Virus record (IMG/VR): IMGVR_UViG_3300044640_002813
Coordinates: 1 to 55,207 of that record
DNA length: 55,207 bases
Direction: 5' to 3' (one strand)
Source of the DNA: a virus
Taxonomy: Duplodnaviria > Caudoviricetes
This document shows positions 8,694 through 17,069 of the stretch, one piece after another (position 1 is the stretch's first letter; each line of letters opens with the position of its first letter). The translations under genes were made by a program, and so were the position numbers. Below the pieces are notes generated by a model. That model worked only from the letters and a program-made list of their open reading frames with translations. It had not been told where the DNA came from and ran no database searches.

Positions 8694-10097
8694 ATGAGTA
8701 ATAGATTTATCATTACAGAATATAAAAATTGGTCTAAATTTGGACATGCTAATTTTAATAAAATTTATGAGAATATTCCGAAGGATGCCTCTCTAGCGGC
8801 AGGTCCGGTTGCTCCAGTAGCGCCAGTAGCGCCAGTAGCGCCAGGCCAAGTAGATGCGGCTACTCCAACTACAACAGTTCCAGAAGAACTTCAAACAGCT
8901 GACACTCAGCAAAAGGCTAATGAAGAATTAGATAGAGGATGTAATTGGATGGTTGTTGCAAAATCAGATGGAAATAAGGAGGTTTTATATATTAAGGAAG
9001 AAAAAACAGCAGATTCTACTTCCTTTACTCTATTAGCAGGAGACAAGGCTAAAGCAGAAGCTGTTTCTAAATTTAGCACTGGCTTATCTACTATACGAGT
9101 TCAAGGCGGAGGATTTGATAAAACTAAAGCGATAGGATCCTATTATTTCGGTTCATTAGGAGGATCCTATAATGTATATGTTGCAAAAGACGATCACTGC
9201 TTCTATCTTAAGCAGGTTCTCGGACAGGGAACTACCGGATCTAGTTTGACTGCTAATGCATCGGCAGATTCGATGGGAGAATATTATACGGTTGAATGGG
9301 TAAGAGATGAAAATTTTGCGAATAGCGGAATTTTGATGGTGTGGAAAAAATTAGCAAGCGGAAAGCTAGAGAAAAAAGGATATTTACAGCCTGATACCGG
9401 AGGAGAAGACTACGTGTTTATCAAATTTTTAAGTCAAACTGGATCATGGGAGCCTAAAGCGCTGAGTGATGGCCCTAGATATTTTGTTAATGCAAATAGA
9501 ATAATAACATTTGCTAATAATCTCTGGAATGCGATGTCTGGGGGTGGAACTGATCCGTTTTTAATAAACGGGACTCTAACTGACATGCAACCTCTTGAAT
9601 TCCTGGTTTTAGAGAGATTATGGACCAGCAATGCGTGGTCAACACCAGCTGGAACTCTTAGTAAACTAGATCCTAGAATTTCAAATGCTTCAGACTTTGC
9701 TAAATTTGCCAATGCAACTCCAGTGTATGACCAGGCTGACGTCGATACCAACGATCCTATGTCTTCTTCTGACGATATTGTAGAATATTTCCCTTCAGCT
9801 AAAACTCCAAGCTTGCTACTGGATTTATTTTGGGAAATGGAGGATCATTATGATGAACGCCAACTAGCAATGACAACACAGCTTGATAGATTAATCGGAG
9901 GTCTAGTTAATGAAAAGGAAGCTGATTATGCAAAGCCTTTTCAAATTGAAGAAGAACAATCTGGAAATATTATAATTAATACCCAAGAAGATATCCTCGA
10001 ATTAAAAGGTATAAAAGGATTAAGCATTATTGAATTAGGTAAAATGCTACAAAACGAGGCAAGTGGATATAAATTATCTGAATACTGGAAAGATTAA
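8694..10097 (+). CDS. Putative virion protein with an annexin-like repeat
   Basis: 467 aa; leader ...YKNW...KIYE; (PVA)x4 linker; ANNLWNAMSGGGTD resembles the annexin A..L..AMkG.GTD motif. Confidence 0.65.
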   Translation: MSNRFIITEYKNWSKFGHANFNKIYENIPKDASLAAGPVAPVAPVAPVAPGQVDAATPTTTVPEELQTADTQQKANEELDRGCNWMVVAKSDGNKEVLYIKEEKTADSTSFTLLAGDKAKAEAVSKFSTGLSTIRVQGGGFDKTKAIGSYYFGSLGGSYNVYVAKDDHCFYLKQVLGQGTTGSSLTANASADSMGEYYTVEWVRDENFANSGILMVWKKLASGKLEKKGYLQPDTGGEDYVFIKFLSQTGSWEPKALSDGPRYFVNANRIITFANNLWNAMSGGGTDPFLINGTLTDMQPLEFLVLERLWTSNAWSTPAGTLSKLDPRISNASDFAKFANATPVYDQADVDTNDPMSSSDDIVEYFPSAKTPSLLLDLFWEMEDHYDERQLAMTTQLDRLIGGLVNEKEADYAKPFQIEEEQSGNIIINTQEDILELKGIKGLSIIELGKMLQNEASGYKLSEYWKD

Positions 10098-10111
10098 AAA
10101 ATTAAATTAAA

Positions 10112-11119
10112 ATGAGAATTGCCGGATATCAAAACTGGTCCAACCGAAATTTTAAGGGGCTATATGAAGATGTGGAAGTAACACAAGTTGATCCAATAGG
10201 ATCTAAGAAAATGTCATTTACAGCTGGAACTAGTTGGGATGGTAAAATGGTTCTTAAGCCTAATGGTGAAGACAAATTCATTTTAAAGATTATTGATAAA
10301 GATCGAAGTAATATAGAATACCCATATCTGCAGGCGGATGGTCGCCTGATAAAAGGATCAGAAGCTGACATTCTTAAATTTATACAGGAAAAAGGAGGAT
10401 TTGATCCCTCGATTCTTAAAACCAAAATTCTAGTTTATTATGGAAAGATAAAAAGAGGTGGAGCTCTTCAAATTATAAGTTTTGAACTTGTAAACCGAGA
10501 TGCTGTACCTGCTTCTGTTAATTTTGTACATAGCAATGAATGGAAGTCTGGAATAATTACTCCTAATCTTGATACTTCAATTGAATCGGATCCAGAATCT
10601 AAATCGGAAGCTGGGTCTCAAATAAATCTATCGGGAGGATCTAATTCTGTTGATCTAACTTCCGGAGACGCATTGAATGATCCTTTATATAAAAGATTAG
10701 TTGGACCTGGAATTCTTCCTCTTGAATATGGAGACGGTGGAACAAAAAGAATTGACAGCAAATATGTTAAAGTTGTGATTCAGTGGCTTCAAGCAATCTT
10801 GAAAAATCTAGGACAAAATATATCAGCAGACGGATGGTTTGGACCGATTACGATTAAAGCAATTGGATCTATAAACGGTCAAACATATACTGATGAGCAG
10901 ACTAAATCATTTAAATTTACAGATGTTGAGGCCCTTAAATTAGTAAATAAGGCTAAAGAAGCAAAAATAACTGCCGAGCAGGTTGAAAAATCTATTCCAG
11001 ATTATTTTGGATCTAAGCCTAAAGTTTATACTAATTCAGGGTCTAAGCCTGCTTCTTCTAATACTCCTGCGAGTTCAACGGCTCCTGCTAAAATGAAGAG
11101 AGTCATTAAATTTGGATAA
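10112..11119 (+). CDS. Putative virion protein with a peptidoglycan-binding domain
   Basis: 335 aa; IQWLQAILKNLGQNISADGWFGPITIKAI is a PG_binding_1-like motif; leader ...YQNW...GLYE. Confidence 0.72.
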   Translation: MRIAGYQNWSNRNFKGLYEDVEVTQVDPIGSKKMSFTAGTSWDGKMVLKPNGEDKFILKIIDKDRSNIEYPYLQADGRLIKGSEADILKFIQEKGGFDPSILKTKILVYYGKIKRGGALQIISFELVNRDAVPASVNFVHSNEWKSGIITPNLDTSIESDPESKSEAGSQINLSGGSNSVDLTSGDALNDPLYKRLVGPGILPLEYGDGGTKRIDSKYVKVVIQWLQAILKNLGQNISADGWFGPITIKAIGSINGQTYTDEQTKSFKFTDVEALKLVNKAKEAKITAEQVEKSIPDYFGSKPKVYTNSGSKPASSNTPASSTAPAKMKRVIKFG

Positions 11120-11537
11120 CCAATTTAATTTCTAACTTAGGGCGAATAGACCTTTCGGTTTTAAAATTTAAACTTATAGAATTACTGAGTATTCTGGAGA
11201 TCGTAAGGTCTCCAGGTATACCGTTTACTTCTTTTCCGTTTAACTGGTCTCCTCGAATCGGACCTGAATCTTCTATCTGATCAAGAGGTTTAGAATATTG
11301 AATGATGATTTTGTTTAGAATTGAAATAGGATCTGAGGTCGGATTAAATCTAGAAAAGTCCCATCTCCTCTCTTCAATGATCTTGAATAATTGATTTCCT
11401 AATCTGCCTTGAAACAGAATCTGATCTGGCCATTTACCAGTTTCACTAGCCAGTTCTTCTATCTTTAAACTAATAAAATAGAAGAACTGGATCTCAAACT
11501 CAGAATCCGGTTGACTTGGAATCTTAAACGTTTCCAC
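11106..11537 (-). CDS. Hypothetical protein
   Basis: ORF track gives 11106..11594; GTG at 11537 gives a short overlap with the upstream gene and is preferred. Confidence 0.6.
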   Translation of the reverse strand: METFKIPSQPDSEFEIQFFYFISLKIEELASETGKWPDQILFQGRLGNQLFKIIEERRWDFSRFNPTSDPISILNKIIIQYSKPLDQIEDSGPIRGDQLNGKEVNGIPGDLTISRILSNSISLNFKTERSIRPKLEIKLVIQI

Positions 11538-11796
11538 TGGATTCTTCCAAGATTTTTTTAGTGATGTTGTTGATTCGATTAGCTCCAGGTCCAATCATCT
11601 TGTATTCACCCTGGGATCTTATAAATTTTCTCCATTTAGAATCCATGCAGTCCAATATAAATTCACCAGGATATTCAGGTTTAACCCCAAAATGATATAC
11701 AAAAGCCTCTTTATTATAGTAATCAGATCTGGCTTCTGCGTATTTAACCAGGACGTCATAGATCTTTTCAGCTGCTCGAGTAGGCATTCTATTCAT
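11524..11796 (-). CDS. Hypothetical protein
   Basis: 90-aa ATG ORF lying 8 nt downstream of the DUF4494 gene. Confidence 0.7.
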   Translation of the reverse strand: MNRMPTRAAEKIYDVLVKYAEARSDYYNKEAFVYHFGVKPEYPGEFILDCMDSKWRKFIRSQGEYKMIGPGANRINNITKKILEESSGNV

Positions 11797-11804
11797 GACC
11801 CTAA

Positions 11805-12005
11805 TTATTTAATTACTCCTAGGATTTTAGACTCTTTAACACTCACCACTGAAAATTCAGCCATAGTGTCTTTAAATTTAAGGTTTAATTTTTCTTCTGC
11901 GTCGGAAATTGAACGGGCCTCTACCAGATACTCTTCATACATCTTTCTGGTTCTACCGCTCTTGTCATCAATTGTTTCAAATTTTACTTTGGTTAAATAG
12001 TACAT
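11805..12005 (-). CDS. DUF4494-family protein
   Basis: YYLTKVKFE...KMYEEYLVEARSISDAEEKL...SVKESKI matches the Bacteroidota DUF4494 pattern. Confidence 0.8.
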   Translation of the reverse strand: MYYLTKVKFETIDDKSGRTRKMYEEYLVEARSISDAEEKLNLKFKDTMAEFSVVSVKESKILGVIK

Positions 12006-12032
12006 GTTATATGATTTAAAAATTAATGATAT

Positions 12033-12059
12033 ATTGTACCGTGATCCTGGAATAGGTTT
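12033..12059 (-). promoter_or_regulatory. Bipartite promoter motif AAAC-N16-GTACAAT
   Basis: Upstream of the DUF4494 operon. Confidence 0.6.
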
Positions 12060-12496
12060 TAGAATTTAAGTCGGCAGTTATTGTTTTTTAGATTCTTTTT
12101 GCACCAGCCTGATTTTAATTCAACTGCAAATCTGCAAGGCTTCTTACTGGAATATTTAGGAAGATCCTCTTCTTCTAGGTCGGTTCCAGGTTCCATTGTT
12201 TGATTATCTATCAAATTAAGATTAGAATCAAAGAAGAGAATATCTAGAGGAAAATCGACATTTTTCATCCAGAAAACCAAAGGTTCCTCAGAATCATAGA
12301 CGAATAGGATTCCCTCATCATCTCCGGGCTCACCTGAGTGCATGAATCCTTTAGATCGAGTTTCATCTTTAGCTGCAACTTTAAGTTTAACAGGGATTCC
12401 CTCGATGTGAGCTACTATTTCCTTACCATCGATCTGATTTTTTCGACAGAAATTTTCAAACAGAGGAACAAATTGATCTTCGGATCGGTATTGCAT
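12059..12496 (-). CDS. DUF192-family protein
   Basis: RSKGFMH...EGILFVY...FWMKNVDFPLDILFFD...AVELKSGW. Confidence 0.88.
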   Translation of the reverse strand: MQYRSEDQFVPLFENFCRKNQIDGKEIVAHIEGIPVKLKVAAKDETRSKGFMHSGEPGDDEGILFVYDSEEPLVFWMKNVDFPLDILFFDSNLNLIDNQTMEPGTDLEEEDLPKYSSKKPCRFAVELKSGWCKKNLKNNNCRLKF

Positions 12497-15400
12497 TATT
12501 CAGATTTTAGATTTTTAAGATAAGCGACTGAAGCATCTACTCCTGCAATTACCCCTTTAATCTTTTCAACGTTGGCTTTGGGATTTCTAGAAGGATCTTT
12601 AAGAATTATCTGTAAGGCGGTATTTAGCTTTTGGCGAGTCTCATTCGTGACAGCGACAACCTTATTAATAGTATCAGCAGTGTATTGAGGCGAACCTTCA
12701 AATATAAGCTTAAACATTCTGGCTCCGTTTACTGTAACACATCCAATTCGATTAAATCTCTCAAGAGCCAGAGATCGGGCTTTATCTCCAGCTTCTGGAT
12801 TAAGGGCCATTTCTTTAGCAATTATCAACTCTTGTAACCTACTCTTCTTCTCCGCTTCAGCATTGTCTGAAGATGATCCTTTGATCACGCTAAGTTCGAT
12901 TCCTTTAATCATATCCTGCACTACGTTTGCAATTTCTTTGGTATCATTTAACTTTCTATAAATTGGGTCAATTGCAGAGTTTAGATCAACTTCAGGTTTA
13001 AGAGAAATCTGTATCTCTTCTAGCCCTTCATCTGGGACTCCGTGTTTCCTCATTAAATCAATCATGTTGTCACCTTCATATCCGACCTGATTATCATCTT
13101 TACGGTGAGCTGTTTTTAATCTACCTGTTGCATCTGGACTGTATCCAACCATACTCATTGGATCAGCAGAACTCTTTCCAAAATCAAACATGACATATTG
13201 AATTCGGGATCCACCTGCATAGGTATACCACATTCCTTGACCTCCATAATGGCGTGGAATAATACACCAGCTAGCAGATCTACATAATTCTCCAAGAGCA
13301 TTAGGTGATCTGAAAACTGCGATAATTCTCTGATCATCTTCGTATACTGGAACTACACCTGGATATAATTCATTAATTCGGGCGGAAACTTCACCTTTTT
13401 GAGTTCCAATAGAATCTATTTTATTAACCAGATTAGTTAGTATCTGATCTAAAGATTTATAGCTAGACATCTTTCGGGTAATCTCGCCTACTAGTTTACC
13501 TGAATCATCTGCTTTATTTAGCTGAGCAGCTGTTGATATTAATTCATCCTGCACCTCTTTTGGAGCGGCAGCAAATAGAGCTTTTTGATCGATCGGAGTC
13601 CTACCCGGAATTGGTTCCCCGGTTCCAGGATAACGGTAACCTGCTTCTCTTACCAAGCTTCTAGGCAGCCATAATCCCATTTGAACATCTTCTAATTTAG
13701 TAAGATCATCCAATAATCTTTCAAATCCAGGTCGAGTATCTTTAGCATCCTGCATTATAGTTGCATACTGAGTCACCTGCATCGGAAGCTTGTTTAGGAT
13801 TGCATTTAATCGGTTGAGTTCAGCAAATATAGTTTCTAAGTTGGTATAAGTAGCCCCCTGTTCGTATTTAAATTTGATAAACGGAATCATGAGATTAGGT
13901 TTGCTCTCAGTTAAGTTTCTGATCTGATTAAATTCAGGATCTGATTCTATTCGAGCAATCTGCTCAGGTGTTAATTCATCGGGTCTGATCCCTTTTTTTT
14001 TAGCAATCATGCTCACAAAATACTCTTTTGCAGCTTTCACGTTTTCAAAGATTTGGTGATACTTTTCATAGGATTTCAAGTGTAACAGATTCGATACATT
14101 TTGAGATTCTGTTAAATATTTACTCAATCTTTCAACTTCTTTAAAATCACCAGAGTCTAGAGCGTTATCTATTAGGGCTTCAATTTCACGTTTAGAAAGG
14201 TTCTCAAGTGGGTCAGATTCAACATCCTGAGGTCCTTCCGAATAGTATTCGTCTGGATCATCGTCTGCCTCCAATTCAACTGCTCCCTGTTGAGGAGATG
14301 ATTGGACATCATCAGGCTTAGATTGATATTCAGATTCTGAATCTAATCCTGAAATAGCCTCTTCAACCATCGGATAGAATAACTCTTCTATTTTAGATTG
14401 ATTCTCCATTAAGACGTAGTACACAACCTCTAGAAAAGCCTTTCTATCATCAGTTCGATAGGTTGCTAATCTTCCAAATATCATCCAATATAACTGTTCT
14501 TCAAATGCTCCTAGTTCGTCCCATGCTGCGTCTGCTTCGGCAGGATCGTCGGAATTGGTATAACTTCTTAATCTGCTGATTCTTTCTTCCACATCCGGGT
14601 GGCTTGATATCGCAGAATAAAATGCTTTTTGCATCTCAGGTCCATATTTAAATTCTTCAGGTTCATCGCTTAAGGTATCAGTATTCATTAGAACCTGTTC
14701 AGCTTCTTCTTCAGAAAGATGTTCTAAACTTAATTGAGTAGCTAGCATATAGATACTCTTAATCGCTTCATGTATTAGGACTGAAAGATCTACTCCTCTG
14801 GCTTTGATAACTGATTGAACTCCGTTAAATAATTCTTCAGCGTCTTCACTGTTAAATACTGCATCATTATCAATATCAGATAGCAAATTTTGAGCAGCAT
14901 CTGCTTTGTCCTCGTCGGTTTCAACCTCTTCAAAATCAATACTACTAGATCCAGCAGTTGACATTTTTAAGAAATTAACGATTACGTTGTCAGGAAGTGT
15001 CCAATCATTAAACTGAGCAACATTAGAAATTTTATTCAGTATCGATACGTATTGAACCGCAGCATCTCTACCTAAAATATCAGCAAGTCCCTTTTTAAAC
15101 ATCGGTAAATTTAAAACCGCTTTTGATGTTAATCCTTTTCCTTGTTGAATTGATCTTAATATTTTACGAGCATGAATCTCATTCTTAATTTTATCATCCT
15201 CTATTTCTTCAAAATCAGGCATTTGTGGCTTTTCAGGAGTAGGCTCCATCATTTCCTTACTTTCAGACGGACTAGAAATTTTAAAATCCAGCTTAACGTC
15301 ATCCAATAGGGTTCCAAATAGAGACTTGATACATCTTTCAGCAAGATTAGAAAGATCATCCTCTTTACCCTGTTGCATAGACTGTGACTGTCCAACTAGG

Positions 15401-15582
15401 CCCATGAAGTTTCTAATATCTCCTTGATTCTGATTAAAAAACTGTTGCATCGCGGGATCCTTAGACCTCTTGATTTTATCTAACCAGGAAGGATCCTGGG
15501 AATCTCCTTCTCCTGGGATTCCAATGTTACCTCGTAATGAGGCCTCTGTTATAAATTGATCGAAACCTCTAAGCTTATGCAT
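12496..15582 (-). CDS. Large putative internal virion protein, apparent two-part fusion
   Basis: 1028 aa; leader MHKLRGFDQFITE; LIHEAIK motif; UVR-like IDNALDSGDFKEVERL; second internal leader-like segment; C-half contains a SASWCI motif. Confidence 0.75.
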   Translation of the reverse strand: MHKLRGFDQFITEASLRGNIGIPGEGDSQDPSWLDKIKRSKDPAMQQFFNQNQGDIRNFMGLVGQSQSMQQGKEDDLSNLAERCIKSLFGTLLDDVKLDFKISSPSESKEMMEPTPEKPQMPDFEEIEDDKIKNEIHARKILRSIQQGKGLTSKAVLNLPMFKKGLADILGRDAAVQYVSILNKISNVAQFNDWTLPDNVIVNFLKMSTAGSSSIDFEEVETDEDKADAAQNLLSDIDNDAVFNSEDAEELFNGVQSVIKARGVDLSVLIHEAIKSIYMLATQLSLEHLSEEEAEQVLMNTDTLSDEPEEFKYGPEMQKAFYSAISSHPDVEERISRLRSYTNSDDPAEADAAWDELGAFEEQLYWMIFGRLATYRTDDRKAFLEVVYYVLMENQSKIEELFYPMVEEAISGLDSESEYQSKPDDVQSSPQQGAVELEADDDPDEYYSEGPQDVESDPLENLSKREIEALIDNALDSGDFKEVERLSKYLTESQNVSNLLHLKSYEKYHQIFENVKAAKEYFVSMIAKKKGIRPDELTPEQIARIESDPEFNQIRNLTESKPNLMIPFIKFKYEQGATYTNLETIFAELNRLNAILNKLPMQVTQYATIMQDAKDTRPGFERLLDDLTKLEDVQMGLWLPRSLVREAGYRYPGTGEPIPGRTPIDQKALFAAAPKEVQDELISTAAQLNKADDSGKLVGEITRKMSSYKSLDQILTNLVNKIDSIGTQKGEVSARINELYPGVVPVYEDDQRIIAVFRSPNALGELCRSASWCIIPRHYGGQGMWYTYAGGSRIQYVMFDFGKSSADPMSMVGYSPDATGRLKTAHRKDDNQVGYEGDNMIDLMRKHGVPDEGLEEIQISLKPEVDLNSAIDPIYRKLNDTKEIANVVQDMIKGIELSVIKGSSSDNAEAEKKSRLQELIIAKEMALNPEAGDKARSLALERFNRIGCVTVNGARMFKLIFEGSPQYTADTINKVVAVTNETRQKLNTALQIILKDPSRNPKANVEKIKGVIAGVDASVAYLKNLKSE

Positions 15583-15841
15583 ATTTATTACGTAAATTTT
15601 TCATCATAGTTTGACCGTTCTTGGTATTTGAAACTGATTTAAGATCAGAGAAAAACATCTCTAGAACCTGGCCTAATTTAGCTATAGGTTTACTCTTTTC
15701 TCTTTCACTAGGTCTTTTAGTTGGAACAGGTCTCCAAGGTCTAGTTGCAGGGGGTGCAGTAGTTGGAGGAGCGGTAGTAGGCTTAACCTCAGTAGCATAT
15801 TCTGCCCATTCGTTAATTCCTTTTACATAATTAATTTTCAT
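15575..15841 (-). CDS. Small Pro/Thr-rich late protein
   Basis: 88 aa; MKINYVKGINEW; PTTAP x2; overlaps the start of the 1028-aa gene. Confidence 0.7.
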   Translation of the reverse strand: MKINYVKGINEWAEYATEVKPTTAPPTTAPPATRPWRPVPTKRPSEREKSKPIAKLGQVLEMFFSDLKSVSNTKNGQTMMKNLRNKYA

Positions 15842-15860
15842 TTAATTATATTATTTTAAT

Positions 15861-15867
15861 TATTTAT
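15861..15867 (-). promoter_or_regulatory. Late-type promoter motif ATAAATA
   Basis: 19 nt before ATG 15841, just after a terminator. Confidence 0.6.
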
Positions 15868-15878
15868 CTTAAAAGGAT

Positions 15879-15910
15879 CAAAAAAAAATCCCGACTAAGG
15901 TCGGGATTTT
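15879..15910 (-). terminator. Intrinsic terminator
   Basis: AAAATCCCGAC-taag-GTCGGGATTTT with a long U-tract on the minus strand. Confidence 0.88.
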
Positions 15911-15935
15911 GATATATTATTGAGAAAGTATCAAT

Positions 15936-16316
15936 TTACCAGTTTTTTCTCCATCTCCAAGATTCGTTAGCTGGCTCTTCACCTTCAGCTGGCTCTTCGC
16001 CTTCTTCACCTTCAGCTGGCTCTTCGCCTTCTTCACCTTCAGCTGGCTCTTCTTCAGCTCCACCACCTTCTAATTCTTCAACTCTAGCTGTCAAATCATC
16101 AAGCATAGCTTTTAAATCTTCTAGTGTAACTTCTTCTCCTTCTCCTTCAGCTCCTTCTTCGCCTTCTTCTGGCATTTCATCAGTTAAAGCAGCTCCACCT
16201 TCTTCATCCTCTGGATTAGCTCCATAGTATCCGAAGTCTTCGCCTTCTGCATATTCTCCTGACATTGATTCATTCAATCTTGCTCGCATGAATCCTGAAA
16301 AATTTTTTACTTTCAT
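15936..16316 (-). CDS. Highly acidic small protein (prohead core or internal-protein-like)
   Basis: 126 aa; leader MKVKNFSGFMRARLNE; short coiled coil; EEPAEGEEG repeats; own promoter motif and terminator. Confidence 0.75.
   Translation of the reverse strand: MKVKNFSGFMRARLNESMSGEYAEGEDFGYYGANPEDEEGGAALTDEMPEEGEEGAEGEGEEVTLEDLKAMLDDLTARVEELEGGGAEEEPAEGEEGEEPAEGEEGEEPAEGEEPANESWRWRKNW
15969..16052 (-). repeat. 27-bp coding tandem repeat (EEPAEGEEG)
   Basis: TTCACCTTCAGCTGGCTCTTCGCCTTC, about three copies. Confidence 0.9.
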
Positions 16317-16346
16317 TTTAATCTAATTATTTTTTATTATTTTAAT

Positions 16347-16353
16347 TATTTAT
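16347..16353 (-). promoter_or_regulatory. Late-type promoter motif ATAAATA
   Basis: 30 nt before ATG 16316. Confidence 0.5.
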
Positions 16354-16462
16354 TAGAAAGATTTAAAAAAAAACGAAGAAAATAAAATTAATATAACTCT
16401 TTCTATGTTTATTTTAATTAAAAAGGAATAGTGTCCTGCTTTTTATTTACTTGTACCTAATG

Positions 16463-16493
16463 AAAAAATCCTAACTTTTTAGGTTAGGATTTT
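16463..16493 (-). terminator. Intrinsic terminator
   Basis: AAAATCCTAAC-loop-GTTAGGATTTT downstream of 16519..17025. Confidence 0.75.
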
Positions 16494-16518
16494 AGGTTTA
16501 TAGTTTAGGAGTTGATAA

Positions 16519-17025
16519 CTATTCAGGTGAAATCATAGATTTCAGTTCTTCATCAAGTCTTCCCATTTCAGAAAGTGCAGGTCTTAAGAGCATGCTAGCT
16601 GCAAAAAGTTTCTGAGCAGAATCTTCTCCAACTCCAGTCGCTTTATTTAAAAAGTAGGAAGTGGACTCGATAGTTGCTGCAGTTAATTCTACTTGATGTG
16701 AAGATTTTTTATCTAATTGAGCTAATTCTTCGCATATGCTAGATAGTTCCAATTTTGAGATGATTAACAAATAAGCCTGTTGAGGCCCTACCCATTCTGA
16801 TTTATCTAATCTGTTTCTTAGATAAGTAGCATCTGAATAAGTCATGTTGATTTTGAAAGTTCCAGTTCTTTCTAGTCTTAATCGAGTCATCTTTTCTTCT
16901 AGAGTTTCTTCACGCTCGGACTCCATTTCTACTGGAGCATCTGAATCGGTTTCAACATTTAATTCAACTGTTTCTTCTAAAACAGTTTCGTTTTCTACCA
17001 CTGGGGTCTTTAATTCTTGATCCAT
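16519..17025 (-). CDS. Hypothetical protein with acidic N-terminus
   Basis: 168-aa ORF; AAAC-N16-GTATAAT motif upstream; terminator downstream. Confidence 0.75.
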   Translation of the reverse strand: MDQELKTPVVENETVLEETVELNVETDSDAPVEMESEREETLEEKMTRLRLERTGTFKINMTYSDATYLRNRLDKSEWVGPQQAYLLIISKLELSSICEELAQLDKKSSHQVELTAATIESTSYFLNKATGVGEDSAQKLFAASMLLRPALSEMGRLDEELKSMISPE

Positions 17026-17042
17026 AATTTTAATTTTTAAAT

Positions 17043-17069
17043 ATTATACTCAAGACCTGAAAAAGGTTT
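17043..17069 (-). promoter_or_regulatory. Bipartite promoter motif AAAC-N16-GTATAAT
   Basis: Upstream of 16519..17025. Confidence 0.62.

Noticed and set aside
16317-16518. Longest intergenic gap as a possible tRNA or ncRNA
   Set aside because: Very AT-rich, largely explained by a terminator plus a late motif; no cloverleaf or T-loop signature seen.
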